DNA from: Roseburia sp.
GTDB lineage: Bacteria; Bacillota; Clostridia; Lachnospirales; Lachnospiraceae
NCBI GenBank assembly: GCA_045121975.1
Contig: JBGVHB010000059.1
Coordinates: 16,337-80,336 of the forward strand
Direction of reading: 5' to 3'
Length of the DNA: 64,000 bases
The position numbers and the translations under genes are program-made. The notes beneath the pieces are model-generated. The model was not told the origin of the DNA and searched no databases. It was given only the letters and a program-made list of their open reading frames with translations. This document shows positions 1-10,250 of the stretch, one piece after another (the first letter of the stretch is position 1; each line of letters begins with the position of its first letter).

Positions 1-1299
1 CATTTTACGACCTGTCAGACCGTTCAGATGCACAATTTAACAGAAAAAACAGTGTGCAGTCTGATTGAAGAAGCCTTTGATAACGGAATTATCACCAGAG
101 GTGGTGGCGGAGATTTTCCAAGAAATGTGATGTGTTCTCCACTTTCCGGTGTAGAAGAGGGCGAATCTTTTGACGTGCTTCCTTATGCAAAGGAGACTGC
201 CGATTACATGCTTACTTTTATTAAGAAGGTAAAGCTTCCAAGAAAATTAAAAGTAGGTTTTTCTAACAGTAAAAAGAATGCAGTTCATGCAACTTTTCGT
301 GACCTTGGATTTATGGCAAGGGAGAATGGAAACTTTGATGTTTATTGCGCAGGCGGTCTTGGAATTAAGCCAAAGTTTGGTGTGCTTGTGGCAGAGGATA
401 TTGCACCGGAGAAAATCTTATATTGTGCCAAAACAATGGTAGATATCTTTACAGAGTTCGGTAATTATGAGAATCGTGCTGCTTCAAGAACAAGATTTCT
501 ACAGGATACCCTTGGCGTGGATGGCTTAAAAGAGACTTTTGCGAAAAAGCTTGCCGAAAATCTTGCAAATGAGAATTTAGATATTCAGGTGACTGTAAAT
601 CCTGTGAAAAAGACAGGCACAGCCGATGAAGAACTTGAAAAGAATCCTAGAATCGTTAAACAGAAGCAGAACGGACTTTATGCAGTATCTTATCATCCGG
701 TTGCAGGCGTTCCAACAACAGATTTCTTTGCAAAGCTGTATGAAACTGCCAAAGATATGGAAGAAGTGAAGCTTCGTTTATCCCCGGATGAGGGTGCTTA
801 TATTATCAATCTGACAGCGGAAGAAGCCCAAAAAGTACTCGCCATTACAGAGGATAGTGCGTTGACAACGTTTGAACGCTCAACAGCCTGCATCGGTGCA
901 GATATTTGTCAGGTCGGAATTGGACGTTCCCGCATTTTATTACAGAATTGTGTGGCACGTGTGAAAAAGGAAAACTTTGCAGACGGTATCCTTCCGGCAG
1001 TTCACATTTCAGGATGTCCATCCTCCTGTGGAACACATCAGACAGCAGCAATCGGACTTCGCGGTGGGAAAAAGCCAACCGCAGATGGACCAAAGTTTGC
1101 ATTTGCAGTATATGAAAGCGGCTGCGATGAAGCAGGAAAAGAGGCAATGGGAACAGAGCTTGGTGTGATGTTAGAAGATGACATCCCGGAATTTTTCGTA
1201 GAATTAGGACATGCAGTAGAAGAAACAGGCTTAAACTATGAGGAATTCCGTAAACAGTATCCGGAAAAATTAGCAGAGGTTGCCGAAAAATATATTTAA
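1..1299 (+). CDS. Nitrite/sulfite reductase (ferredoxin-dependent, siroheme/[4Fe-4S]); 5' truncated by window edge
   Basis: Frame open from base 1 (HFTTCQTVQMH); CSPLSG, CAGGLG, CIGADICQVG and SGCPSSCG motifs. Confidence 0.85.
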   Translation, partial: HFTTCQTVQMHNLTEKTVCSLIEEAFDNGIITRGGGGDFPRNVMCSPLSGVEEGESFDVLPYAKETADYMLTFIKKVKLPRKLKVGFSNSKKNAVHATFRDLGFMARENGNFDVYCAGGLGIKPKFGVLVAEDIAPEKILYCAKTMVDIFTEFGNYENRAASRTRFLQDTLGVDGLKETFAKKLAENLANENLDIQVTVNPVKKTGTADEELEKNPRIVKQKQNGLYAVSYHPVAGVPTTDFFAKLYETAKDMEEVKLRLSPDEGAYIINLTAEEAQKVLAITEDSALTTFERSTACIGADICQVGIGRSRILLQNCVARVKKENFADGILPAVHISGCPSSCGTHQTAAIGLRGGKKPTADGPKFAFAVYESGCDEAGKEAMGTELGVMLEDDIPEFFVELGHAVEETGLNYEEFRKQYPEKLAEVAEKYI

Positions 1300-1341
1300 G
1301 ATATTTCAGTAAAATAAGACAGCAGAAAGGCAGAACAAACG

Positions 1342-2202
1342 ATGAAGATTTCAGAAATACACAAACAGAAAAAGAACGTCTTGTCCTTTGAGATATTTCC
1401 ACCAAAGAAGGATGAAGAATTAAAAAATATCGACGAAACATTAGGAATTTTATCCGAATTAAAGCCGGATTTTATCAGTGTAACCTTTGGTGCAGGCGGA
1501 AGCACTAATAATAACCGCACCATTGAGCTGGCAAAGAAAATCAGAGATGAATACAAAATTGAACCGGTGGTTCATTTGACCTGTCTTTGCTATGACAAAA
1601 AGGAAATTGACGAATTTTCCAAGGTTTTAACAAGTGAAGGCATCCACAATGTGCTTGCACTGCGCGGTGACAGAAATCCAAACGTGCAGGAAAAAGACGA
1701 TTTTAAACATGCGTCAGAATTAATTACCTATTTAAAAGACAAAGGTGATTTCTGTGTGGCAGGTGCATGTTACCCGGAATGCCACCCGGAATCATTGAAC
1801 CGAGTAGATGAGATTCGCAATCTGAAAAAGAAAGTGGATGCAGGCGCAGAGGTGCTATTATCTCAGCTTTTCTTTGAGAATGAGTATTTTTATCGTTTTG
1901 TAGATGACTGCCGTATCGGAGGCATTTATGTACCAGTAACACCGGGCATTATGCCGGTGATTAATGCAGCGCAGATTAAGCGTATGGTAACTTTATGTGG
2001 TGCATCCCTGCCGCCAAAGTTTGAGCGTATTATTAATAAATACGCAGATAACAAGCAGGCATTATTTGATGCAGGAATGTCCTATGCGTTAAGCCAGATT
2101 ATTGATTTACTTGCGAATGATGTGGATGGAATCCACCTTTATACCATGAATAACCCGGTAGTGGCACGCAGAATCTGTGAAGGAATCCGCAATATTATAT
2201 AA
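1342..2202 (+). CDS. metF: 5,10-methylenetetrahydrofolate reductase
   Basis: SFEIFPPK, SVTFGAGG, HLTC, LALRGD, SQLFF, GIHLYTMN motifs. Confidence 0.95.
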   Translation: MKISEIHKQKKNVLSFEIFPPKKDEELKNIDETLGILSELKPDFISVTFGAGGSTNNNRTIELAKKIRDEYKIEPVVHLTCLCYDKKEIDEFSKVLTSEGIHNVLALRGDRNPNVQEKDDFKHASELITYLKDKGDFCVAGACYPECHPESLNRVDEIRNLKKKVDAGAEVLLSQLFFENEYFYRFVDDCRIGGIYVPVTPGIMPVINAAQIKRMVTLCGASLPPKFERIINKYADNKQALFDAGMSYALSQIIDLLANDVDGIHLYTMNNPVVARRICEGIRNII

Positions 2203-2226
2203 ACGAAATGTAGATTTTGCCGATAT
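2200..2226 (+). promoter_or_regulatory. Sigma28 (FliA/SigD)-type promoter
   Basis: TAAA (2200-2203), 15-nt spacer, GCCGATAT (2219-2226), ~30 nt upstream of ATG 2258. Confidence 0.7.
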
Positions 2227-2257
2227 ATAAAATATCACAAAAAAAAGGGGAGTAAAC

Positions 2258-2989
2258 ATGGGAATTGGAGCAACAGGTTTTACCACAAATGATGCAAGTG
2301 TTTTGATTGCTCAGTACAAGGCAGATATCCTGAAGAAAATTGAATCCGGGGAAACAGAAGAATCGATTTCTATCGGAGCGTCAGAGTTCACAGAATCAGC
2401 TTGGAACAAGTTAATGGAGCAGTTGGATACGAATTTAGAGGTTGTGAAAGAGGAACAGGAGCTTCATGCAGCACAAATGCAGGAGCAGGCAGAAGCGCAG
2501 GAGCTGTTTCAGGAAATGGCACAAAAGGCGCAGATGGATGAAGAAGTGAAAAATCATCTGGTGGAAAAGCGCAAGGAGTATGATAAAGTTCCTTATGGTT
2601 TCATGGCAAAGGATGGAGTGATTACTTATAATGGTGTTACTTTTATCTGTGATGAGAGAAGCAATTCCATCACCCTTGGAGATGTTAGTGATGCCAAAAA
2701 AGTCATTAATATTCCACTTGTTGGTGGCGGCTGTTTAAAGGTAAACCGCGAGAACCTCGGTGATTTATCAAAAGCAATCGGCATGTTTTCGCCGGAGGAT
2801 GTGAAAAGAATCATGCAGGCAATTACAACAGATGCAAAGCTTCAGCAGATGAAAGAAGAGATTGAAGAGGATAAGGCAAGCATTGGAGACAGTGCAGATG
2901 CCACAACTGAGCTTAATAACGAAGAATTGGATTCGTTGACAGCGGTGCAGTTAGAGATGCTGCTTCGTGATGAAGATGAAAAACAATAG
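2258..2989 (+). CDS. Hypothetical acidic/coiled-coil protein
   Basis: 243-aa ORF with GGGGAG RBS, followed by a terminator; no function recognised. Confidence 0.8.
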   Translation: MGIGATGFTTNDASVLIAQYKADILKKIESGETEESISIGASEFTESAWNKLMEQLDTNLEVVKEEQELHAAQMQEQAEAQELFQEMAQKAQMDEEVKNHLVEKRKEYDKVPYGFMAKDGVITYNGVTFICDERSNSITLGDVSDAKKVINIPLVGGGCLKVNRENLGDLSKAIGMFSPEDVKRIMQAITTDAKLQQMKEEIEEDKASIGDSADATTELNNEELDSLTAVQLEMLLRDEDEKQ

Positions 2990-3012
2990 AAAAAGTAATA
3001 ATAACAGATACC

Positions 3013-3043
3013 AAAAGCGGCTGTGTAACAACAGCTGCTTTTT
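3013..3043 (+). terminator. Intrinsic terminator
   Basis: AAAAGCGGCTGT..ACAGCTGCTTTT hairpin plus T-tract. Confidence 0.75.
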
Positions 3044-3063
3044 AAATTCATAGAGAAAAATTC

Positions 3064-3093
3064 ACCACTTACCTCTAATAAAAAACCACTTAC
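3064..3093 (+). promoter_or_regulatory. Direct repeat ACCACTTAC-N12-ACCACTTAC, LytTR-type operator geometry
   Basis: Perfect 9-mers at 3064-3072 and 3085-3093, upstream of TTTACA (3104)/TATACT (3128). Confidence 0.55.
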
Positions 3094-3189
3094 TTTCTAG
3101 CTATTTACAAATTTTATCGAAACTTCTATACTTTACCTTGTTAAAAATGATACTTGAATATCCATAAAAACAGAGAGGAAAAGACAGTT

Positions 3190-5015
3190 ATGAAGGACAA
3201 CAAGGAAAAACAGTACAAAATAACTCCGGTTGTGAAACGAATGCTGCAAAATATGAAGGTGCAGGATTCTAAGCAGTTTGGAAGAATTGCGTGTATACTA
3301 TTATGGCAGCAATTTATCCGTTTTTGGGAGTGCTTCTGCCAAAGCTTGCAATTGGGATTTTAGAGCAGGGTGGTGAAGATGCCGGGAAGAATCTTATAAT
3401 TGCAATGGCAGTATATGCAGTCTTTGCCGGAGTGGTTGGCTTTGTATCAACAAAGATGCTATATATTATCCAGTCGCAGAATATAAGAATACGTTTGCGT
3501 TATTTAGGGGATACCGCACATAAGCTTATGACAATGGATTATAAATATGTAGAAGATGCAAAGTTCTTAGATGAAAATGAACGCGCATTAAATGCTGGAA
3601 ATAACAACGTCAATGGTATTGAAGGGGTATATAACCGTCTTAGCATTTTACCTGCTAAGTTTTTAAGCATCATTGGAATGATTGTAATCGCAGGCGTATT
3701 AAGTCCTTGGATTCTTTTAGCACTTATTGCTCATGTGGCAGTAACGATGTGGGCATCAAGACAGAATCACAATTACCGTTATGCGAGAAAAGAGGAAGAG
3801 GCTAAGGCATCAAGAAGAATTTCTTATTATTATAAGACCACACATGATTTTTCTTATGGAAAAGATATTCGTATTTATAATTTTCGTGACCGTATCATGA
3901 AAAATTATCAGGAAGAAATATTAGCACTTACTTCGCTTGTGAAAAAATTTGCAAACAGAGAATATCTTCTTGGATTTGCCGGACTTTTCACATTAGCAGT
4001 TACGAATGTTTTGATGTATGGAATTTTAATTTACCGGGCTTACAATGGAATGCCAGTCAGCTCATTTACCATGTATGTTTCCCTGATTACAACATTGATG
4101 ACTTCCATGTTAAGTTTTGGAGAAGACCTTACCTTTATTATGAATGAAGGACAGTATGTTGGTGATTTCTATCGTCTGATGGATGAACAGTTAGAAAAAG
4201 AGGGCGAGGGCATAGAAGTGCCAGAGGGAACATTAGAAATTGTTTTCGACCATGTATCGTTCCGTTATCCGCATACCGAAAAGGATATTTTTAAGGATTT
4301 AAACTTTACCATACATAAAGGTGAGCGTCTTGCAATCGTTGGTGTCAATGGTGCAGGAAAGTCAACGCTTGTGAAACTTATGACAGGACTGTTTGAGCCG
4401 ACAGAGGGACATATTTATATCAATGGCACAGATATTACGAAATACAGCAAAAAGGAATTATATAAGCTTTATTCCGCAGTATTCCAGGATGTCAATATTT
4501 TAGCATTCCCAATCCGCGAAAATGTTGCCTGTGCAGATAAAAACGTAGATGATGAAAGAGTAAAAGAAGCCTTAGATAAGGTTGGACTTTTAAAGAAAGT
4601 CGAAGGCTTTGAAAAGGGCTTAGACCAAATGATGTTAAAAGTTATTGATGAAAACGGCACTGATTTCTCCGGTGGAGAACGCCAGAAATTATCAATTGCA
4701 AGAGGTCTTTATAAAGATGCTCCAATGGTCATTATGGATGAGCCGACAGCAGCACTTGATGCACTTGCAGAAGCAGAGATTTATGAAAGCTTTAGCAGCA
4801 TGGTGGAGGGCAAAACAGCGGTTTACATTTCTCATCGTCTTGCCAGCACCAAGTTCTGTGACAAAATCGCATTGTTTGACAAAGATGGTTTAAAAGAATA
4901 TGGAAGCCATGAGGAATTAATGCAGCTTCATGGAAGCTATTATGAGATGTTTACCGTACAGGGAAAATATTATCAGGAACAAAATGATGTGATGCGAAAG
5001 GAACAGGCGGTATGA
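3190..5015 (+). pseudogene. ABC exporter subunit (TMD+NBD), split by a 1-nt frameshift at ~3290
   Basis: ATG 3190 frame reads MKDNKEK...FGRIA; the ABC frame resumes at GTG 3291. Walker A GVNGAGKS, signature FSGGERQ, Walker B IMDEP. Confidence 0.75.
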
Positions 5016-6799
5016 AAAAATTAGCAAGCTTTTTTAAACTCGTATGGAAGGTTTCCCCTTCTTATGTATTGATATTAGTGATGCGTGCGCTCGTTTCCGG
5101 CGCAAAGCTGATGCTTAACGTGATTCTGCCAAAATTTTTGGTGGATGAGCTGACAGGAGCAAAGGATGTGCAGATGCTTTTGCTTTTTGGAGCACTGATT
5201 ATATTAAATAATGTAGGAATGACTCTTTTAGAAAATACGTTTAAACGTTTTGTTGAGGTAAAGGAAACCTATGTCCGCAATGCCATGAATAAGAAAATGG
5301 CAGAAAAGATTATGAATTTGGAATATTCTTACTTAGAAGACCCGTATTATCTGGATTTAAAAGAGCGGGCAGTTTTCGCAATTTCGAATCAGGATGCCAT
5401 TGCACAGTTGATTTCCTGTGCTGCATCTGTATTCAGCGGTGCAGTAACCTTAATTGGTTTAATTACCATTTTAGCAACCTTAGGACCTGTTTTAATCATT
5501 GTATTAGTGATTGGTATTGCAATTATGCTGTTATTATATGGTGGAATGGCAAAATCGCTGGTATTTTTCCAGAATGAGATAATTCCACTTAACCGGAGAT
5601 TTGGCTATTACATGGGATTAAGCTGGGATAAACAGTATCAGAAGGATATCCGCCTTTATGATATGGAAGATATGATTTATAACCGTATGTCAGAATTTAC
5701 AGAAGGAACTTGTGATATTTTTTATAAGCTTAATCAGAAACAGGGAAATGCCTTAGGCGGCATGAATGTTGTAAACGACGTAATTGCGGCAATCTGTTAT
5801 GCCTATGTCGGACTTCGTACATTAGCAGACACTTTTGGCACAAAGCTTTCCATTGGTTCTTTGACGATGTATGTGACAGCAGCCATTAATTTTTCTACTT
5901 CCATTATAACTTTTGGAGAAAGCGTGACGCAGTTAATGACCATACTTTCTTTCTTAGAGCCATATATGGAATTTATGGGCTTAAAAGAAGAGACTCAGGC
6001 GGTAGGAAAAGAGCAGTTTTCGGGAGTTGTGGAAACAGTTGAATTTGAGCACGTGACCTTTACTTATCCAAAGGCAGAAAAGCCGGTATTAAAGGATGTG
6101 ACATTTTCGATTCATCGTGGAGAAAAGATTTCTATCGTTGGTTTAAATGGTGCAGGAAAGTCTACCTTAGTGAAGTTAATCTGCCGGATGTATCAGGCAG
6201 ACAGTGGCGTGATTAAGATTAATGGAAAAAATATCTACGATTATGACTATTTTTCCTATATGAAATGTATTGCAGCAGTATTTCAGGATTTTCGTTTATT
6301 TAATTTTTCCATTGCAGAGAATATTTCCTGTCAGGAAAAGGATGCCAACCAGAAGGAAATTAATCGTCTGATTGACGAGGTTGGACTTCGTGCTAAGATA
6401 AATAACTTAAAGGATGGCATTTACAGCCGCTTTGGAAAAGAGTACGACGAGGACGGAATCGAAATGTCGGGTGGTGAAAGTCAGAAGGTTGCCATTGCAA
6501 GAGCACTGTATAAAGAAGCTTCTATGGTAATTTTAGATGAACCAGCAAGTGCCCTAGACCCAATTGCAGAAGCAGAGATTTATGAAAAATTCAACAGTTT
6601 AGTGGAAGATAAGACGGCAATCTATATTTCCCACCGAATGTCCTCTAGTGTATTTTGTGACAAAATTCTCATTATTGACGGCGGTTCTGTAGCAGATTTT
6701 GACACACACGAGAATTTGATGAAAAAGACAGAAAGCCTGTATTATAAGCTTTTTAACTCTCAGGCAGAAAATTATAAGTTAGAAGGCTACGAATACTAA
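5012..6799 (+). CDS. ABC exporter subunit (TMD+NBD), partner of the upstream gene
   Basis: GLNGAGKS, MSGGESQ, ILDEP; ATGA overlap with upstream stop. Confidence 0.92.
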   Translation: MKKLASFFKLVWKVSPSYVLILVMRALVSGAKLMLNVILPKFLVDELTGAKDVQMLLLFGALIILNNVGMTLLENTFKRFVEVKETYVRNAMNKKMAEKIMNLEYSYLEDPYYLDLKERAVFAISNQDAIAQLISCAASVFSGAVTLIGLITILATLGPVLIIVLVIGIAIMLLLYGGMAKSLVFFQNEIIPLNRRFGYYMGLSWDKQYQKDIRLYDMEDMIYNRMSEFTEGTCDIFYKLNQKQGNALGGMNVVNDVIAAICYAYVGLRTLADTFGTKLSIGSLTMYVTAAINFSTSIITFGESVTQLMTILSFLEPYMEFMGLKEETQAVGKEQFSGVVETVEFEHVTFTYPKAEKPVLKDVTFSIHRGEKISIVGLNGAGKSTLVKLICRMYQADSGVIKINGKNIYDYDYFSYMKCIAAVFQDFRLFNFSIAENISCQEKDANQKEINRLIDEVGLRAKINNLKDGIYSRFGKEYDEDGIEMSGGESQKVAIARALYKEASMVILDEPASALDPIAEAEIYEKFNSLVEDKTAIYISHRMSSSVFCDKILIIDGGSVADFDTHENLMKKTESLYYKLFNSQAENYKLEGYEY

Positions 6800-7165
6800 A
6801 ATTTACGAAAAAATGTGTGACGAAAAAATGCAGAAAAATCCAGTAAAATAAAAGGTTTGCGCCAAAAGTGCAGGCAGAATTATTGTTAAAAATTGCAATA
6901 GATTTCCCATTTTCTGGAAAAATTTGGTGTATGTGCCCATTCACACTTTAGCTCACAAAAGTCATAACTGGTTTAGAAGTAGATTATTTTAAAAATGTTT
7001 CGAAAAATTATAGCAATACTGGAAAAAATTTTGAAACTTTTTTCTGATTAAGAAATTTGACTTTTGGAAAAAATTAAGTATGATATGGTTTGTAATGAGC
7101 GGCAGATGAATGAATAATTTATCTGTCGCTTCGTTTATGGTATCATTCTTGAGGAAAGGAGCAAA

Positions 7166-7861
7166 ATGAGGAAAAAAATATTGGGCGCAGCAAATTTATT
7201 TATCTTCTGCTTGTTTTTAATTGTTACGTCCAACATTCAGGAAGCAGCATCAAGTGATTGCAGTGATGTGAAAATGGAAGCAGGTGATGCAAAGACTTGT
7301 GACGATGCCGAAGGAATTCAGTGCGCAGATGAAGTCCCAGAGAGCAAAGAACAGGTAGATGCAGTATCAGAATCCGAATTGAACGTCCGCGCAGGAATCT
7401 GTAATGCAATTTCCAAAGAGTCATTTACCGCAGAATCAGATGAAGAAACAGAGATTGAAAGAAAAGATAACGTTGTAGTATCAACACCGGCATATGAGAA
7501 TCGGTGGGGAATTGAATTAAACGAGGAAGAAATCGACCTGCTGGCGAAAATTGTTTACTTAGAGGCCAGAGGCGAATGTGTCGAAGGACAGGAAGCAGTT
7601 GTTGAGGTAGTTTTTAACCGAATGGCTTCCGACTTATATCCAGATACATTGTATGATGTGCTAAGCCAGACGAACCCGGTTCAGTTTACTTCATGGAAGA
7701 ACAGGGATAAGGCAGAGCCGACAGAAAAGGAATATCAATCCATTGACAATGTATTGCATGGAAATACAAACTTATTAAGAGATGATACACTATATTTTTC
7801 AACATTTATGATGACTTCAAATCTGGATGTTCAGATTGAAAATCACTATTTTTGTTATTAA
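7166..7861 (+). CDS. SleB/CwlJ-like cell wall hydrolase
   Basis: LAKIVYLEARGE, AVVEVVFNR, YPDTLYDV..QF, IENHYF; N-terminal hydrophobic anchor. Confidence 0.85.
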   Translation: MRKKILGAANLFIFCLFLIVTSNIQEAASSDCSDVKMEAGDAKTCDDAEGIQCADEVPESKEQVDAVSESELNVRAGICNAISKESFTAESDEETEIERKDNVVVSTPAYENRWGIELNEEEIDLLAKIVYLEARGECVEGQEAVVEVVFNRMASDLYPDTLYDVLSQTNPVQFTSWKNRDKAEPTEKEYQSIDNVLHGNTNLLRDDTLYFSTFMMTSNLDVQIENHYFCY

Positions 7862-7870
7862 AATTGAAAA

Positions 7871-7915
7871 AACACAAATAATACTCCCTGAAAAGGTATT
7901 ATTTGTGTTTTTTTT
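7871..7915 (+). terminator. Intrinsic terminator
   Basis: AACACAAATAATAC..GTATTATTTGTGTT plus T-tract. Confidence 0.75.
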
Positions 7916-8017
7916 GGATGTTTTTATCGAAAAAATACGATATTTTAAGGAAAAATATAGCAAAATGTCGAATGTTACGTTATAATAGAAATAATAATAT
8001 TATGATGGAGACTGCCT

Positions 8018-10201
8018 ATGGAAAAGAAGAAGAAAACAGTTCAAAAAGTAGTGAAACAAAAGACAGTTCAGAAAACAAAGAAACAGGTTTCCAAAGGAAA
8101 GAAGCCCGCTTCTAAAATAAAAAAACAGACTTCGAAAATGAACAAGCGGACCAATACAGGAAAGAAACAGTTATTATTATTCAGTATCCAGAATAAATTA
8201 ATTATCTGCTTCTTAGTTCCAATTTTATTTATGATATTATTAGGAACAGTATCCTATCAGAAGGCTGCAACAGGAATGAGTAAAGCGTTCTGCGAATCGA
8301 CACAGCAGACAGTCAATATGGCAACAGAGTATATTGATGTCAGCAATTCGTTCATTGAGTCAGAGGCGCTGAAATATGTTGTAAACGATGAATTGAGAAA
8401 ATACATTGTTGGTATGTATGATGACGATTCTGCAAAGAAGCGTTCCGTTATCGACCAGGTGCAGTCCGATATTCTTGCATCACAGGTTGGTAATTCCTAT
8501 ATCAGTCATATGCATATTGTAACTTCCTCTGAGACAAAGATGATTTCTACAAAGACGAAATCATCCACAGGAATTTATGAGGATTATATGGCAGAGACGA
8601 TGACTGGGGAAAAATGGGTGAAGTGGACAGATTATCATCATGCATTAGACGAGCATTTAAGCTTAGATACCTCTGAATATATTCTTGTCTGCCAGATGGA
8701 GACAAAGGCTGGCGATGGTATTATCGTCATTGATATTAAGAGCGAAGTCATTCAGGAGTTTTTACAGGGCTTGAACTTAGGTGAGGGAAGTATTGTTGGT
8801 TTTGTTACTGCCGGAGGAAGAGAGATAGCAGTCGAACAGCAGGCAGGTGCAGAAGAAGGAACTTTAATTACAGACCGCACCATTTTCCCGGAGCAGGCTT
8901 TTTACCAGAATATCGGCGAAGGCACAGATGCAGTAGAAGTTACATATGAAGGAACACAGTATTTGTTTTTCCATAATAAGAGTGATGTAACGGGTGCGAC
9001 AATGTGTGCACTTGTTCCAATGCAGGTAGTCAATGGTCAGGCAGAAGATATTAAGGAATTAACAGTGGTTGGTGTTATTTGTGCCAGCATTATTGTTATT
9101 ATAATCGGTATTGCGATTTCTAATGGAATCCGAAAAAATATGACACGTCTTTCCAAAGGCTTTGAGGTAGTTGCAGAAGGTAACTTAGCTGCACAGGTTG
9201 CAGTAAAAGGACGTGATGAATTCCGCGGTCTTGCAGCAACAGCAAACAATATGATTGCTAATAATAAGCAACTGGTGCAGAAAGTTAGTATGGCGACAGA
9301 CCGACTAGAAGAATCAGCAGAAGAAGTAACAGATGTATCGGGCGTGATTCAGGAATATTCTGTAGATATTACGCAGGCAATTGGCGAGATTACCAATGGT
9401 ATGGAGAAACAGTCTGTGCATGCACAGGAATGTGTTGAAAAAACAGATACGCTTTCAGAGGAGATTCATGAGGTAAATCGTCTGGCAAGAGAAGTTGAAG
9501 TGCTTGTAGGAAATGCCGAAGACATGATTCATCATGGTATGGAGCTGGTAAATGTATTAGGCGAACGTGCAAACGAGACAACCGAGGTTACTGCGAAGGT
9601 AGAAGAAAGTATCTTAGAACTTAAGAAAGAGTCTGAGATTATTAATAAGTTTGTTGCAATGATTACTGATATTTCTGAGCAGACGAACCTGTTATCCTTA
9701 AATGCATCTATTGAAGCTGTAAGAGCCGGAGATGCAGGACGTGGATTTGCAGTTGTTGCAGAAGAGATTCGTAATCTGGCAAATAACTCTGCGGATGCCG
9801 CAAACGAAATCCGCAACAATGTAGAACACATCAGTGCACAGACAATTGTCAGCGTAGAAAGTGCGCAGCAGGCAGGCTCTATGGTTGCATTACAGACAGA
9901 AGCAGTATCCGAAGTGACCGCAGTATTCCAGAATATGAACGTTGCAATGGAAGAGTTGTTTGACGGACTTAAGAAAATCATGGATGAAACAGAACATGCA
10001 GATAGAGACCGTAACGGAACTTTAGAGGCAGTCCGTAATATTTCACAGATTATTGAAGAGACAGCAGAAAGTGCTGAGGTCGTTAAGAATGTAGCAGAAA
10101 ATCTACAGGTAAATGTAGAGAAGTTAAACGGAACAGCAGAAAGTCTTGGAAATAACATGAGTGGACTTAAGACAGAGATTTCCGTATTTAAAACAGAATA
10201 A
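8018..10201 (+). CDS. Methyl-accepting chemotaxis protein
   Basis: Two TM helices, HAMP (GRDEFRGLA), signalling hairpin [31 protein letters not shown]. Confidence 0.93.
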   Translation: MEKKKKTVQKVVKQKTVQKTKKQVSKGKKPASKIKKQTSKMNKRTNTGKKQLLLFSIQNKLIICFLVPILFMILLGTVSYQKAATGMSKAFCESTQQTVNMATEYIDVSNSFIESEALKYVVNDELRKYIVGMYDDDSAKKRSVIDQVQSDILASQVGNSYISHMHIVTSSETKMISTKTKSSTGIYEDYMAETMTGEKWVKWTDYHHALDEHLSLDTSEYILVCQMETKAGDGIIVIDIKSEVIQEFLQGLNLGEGSIVGFVTAGGREIAVEQQAGAEEGTLITDRTIFPEQAFYQNIGEGTDAVEVTYEGTQYLFFHNKSDVTGATMCALVPMQVVNGQAEDIKELTVVGVICASIIVIIIGIAISNGIRKNMTRLSKGFEVVAEGNLAAQVAVKGRDEFRGLAATANNMIANNKQLVQKVSMATDRLEESAEEVTDVSGVIQEYSVDITQAIGEITNGMEKQSVHAQECVEKTDTLSEEIHEVNRLAREVEVLVGNAEDMIHHGMELVNVLGERANETTEVTAKVEESILELKKESEIINKFVAMITDISEQTNLLSLNASIEAVRAGDAGRGFAVVAEEIRNLANNSADAANEIRNNVEHISAQTIVSVESAQQAGSMVALQTEAVSEVTAVFQNMNVAMEELFDGLKKIMDETEHADRDRNGTLEAVRNISQIIEETAESAEVVKNVAENLQVNVEKLNGTAESLGNNMSGLKTEISVFKTE

Positions 10202-10250
10202 ACAAAACCAAGCAAAGGGAAATGGCGCATGCCATTTCCCTTTTTTACTG

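Noticed and set aside
9532-10230. Long antisense ORFs (e.g. 9532-10230, 13794-14498, 845-1441, 34021-34461)
   Set aside because: Shadow frames opposite well-supported genes, with no motifs or RBS
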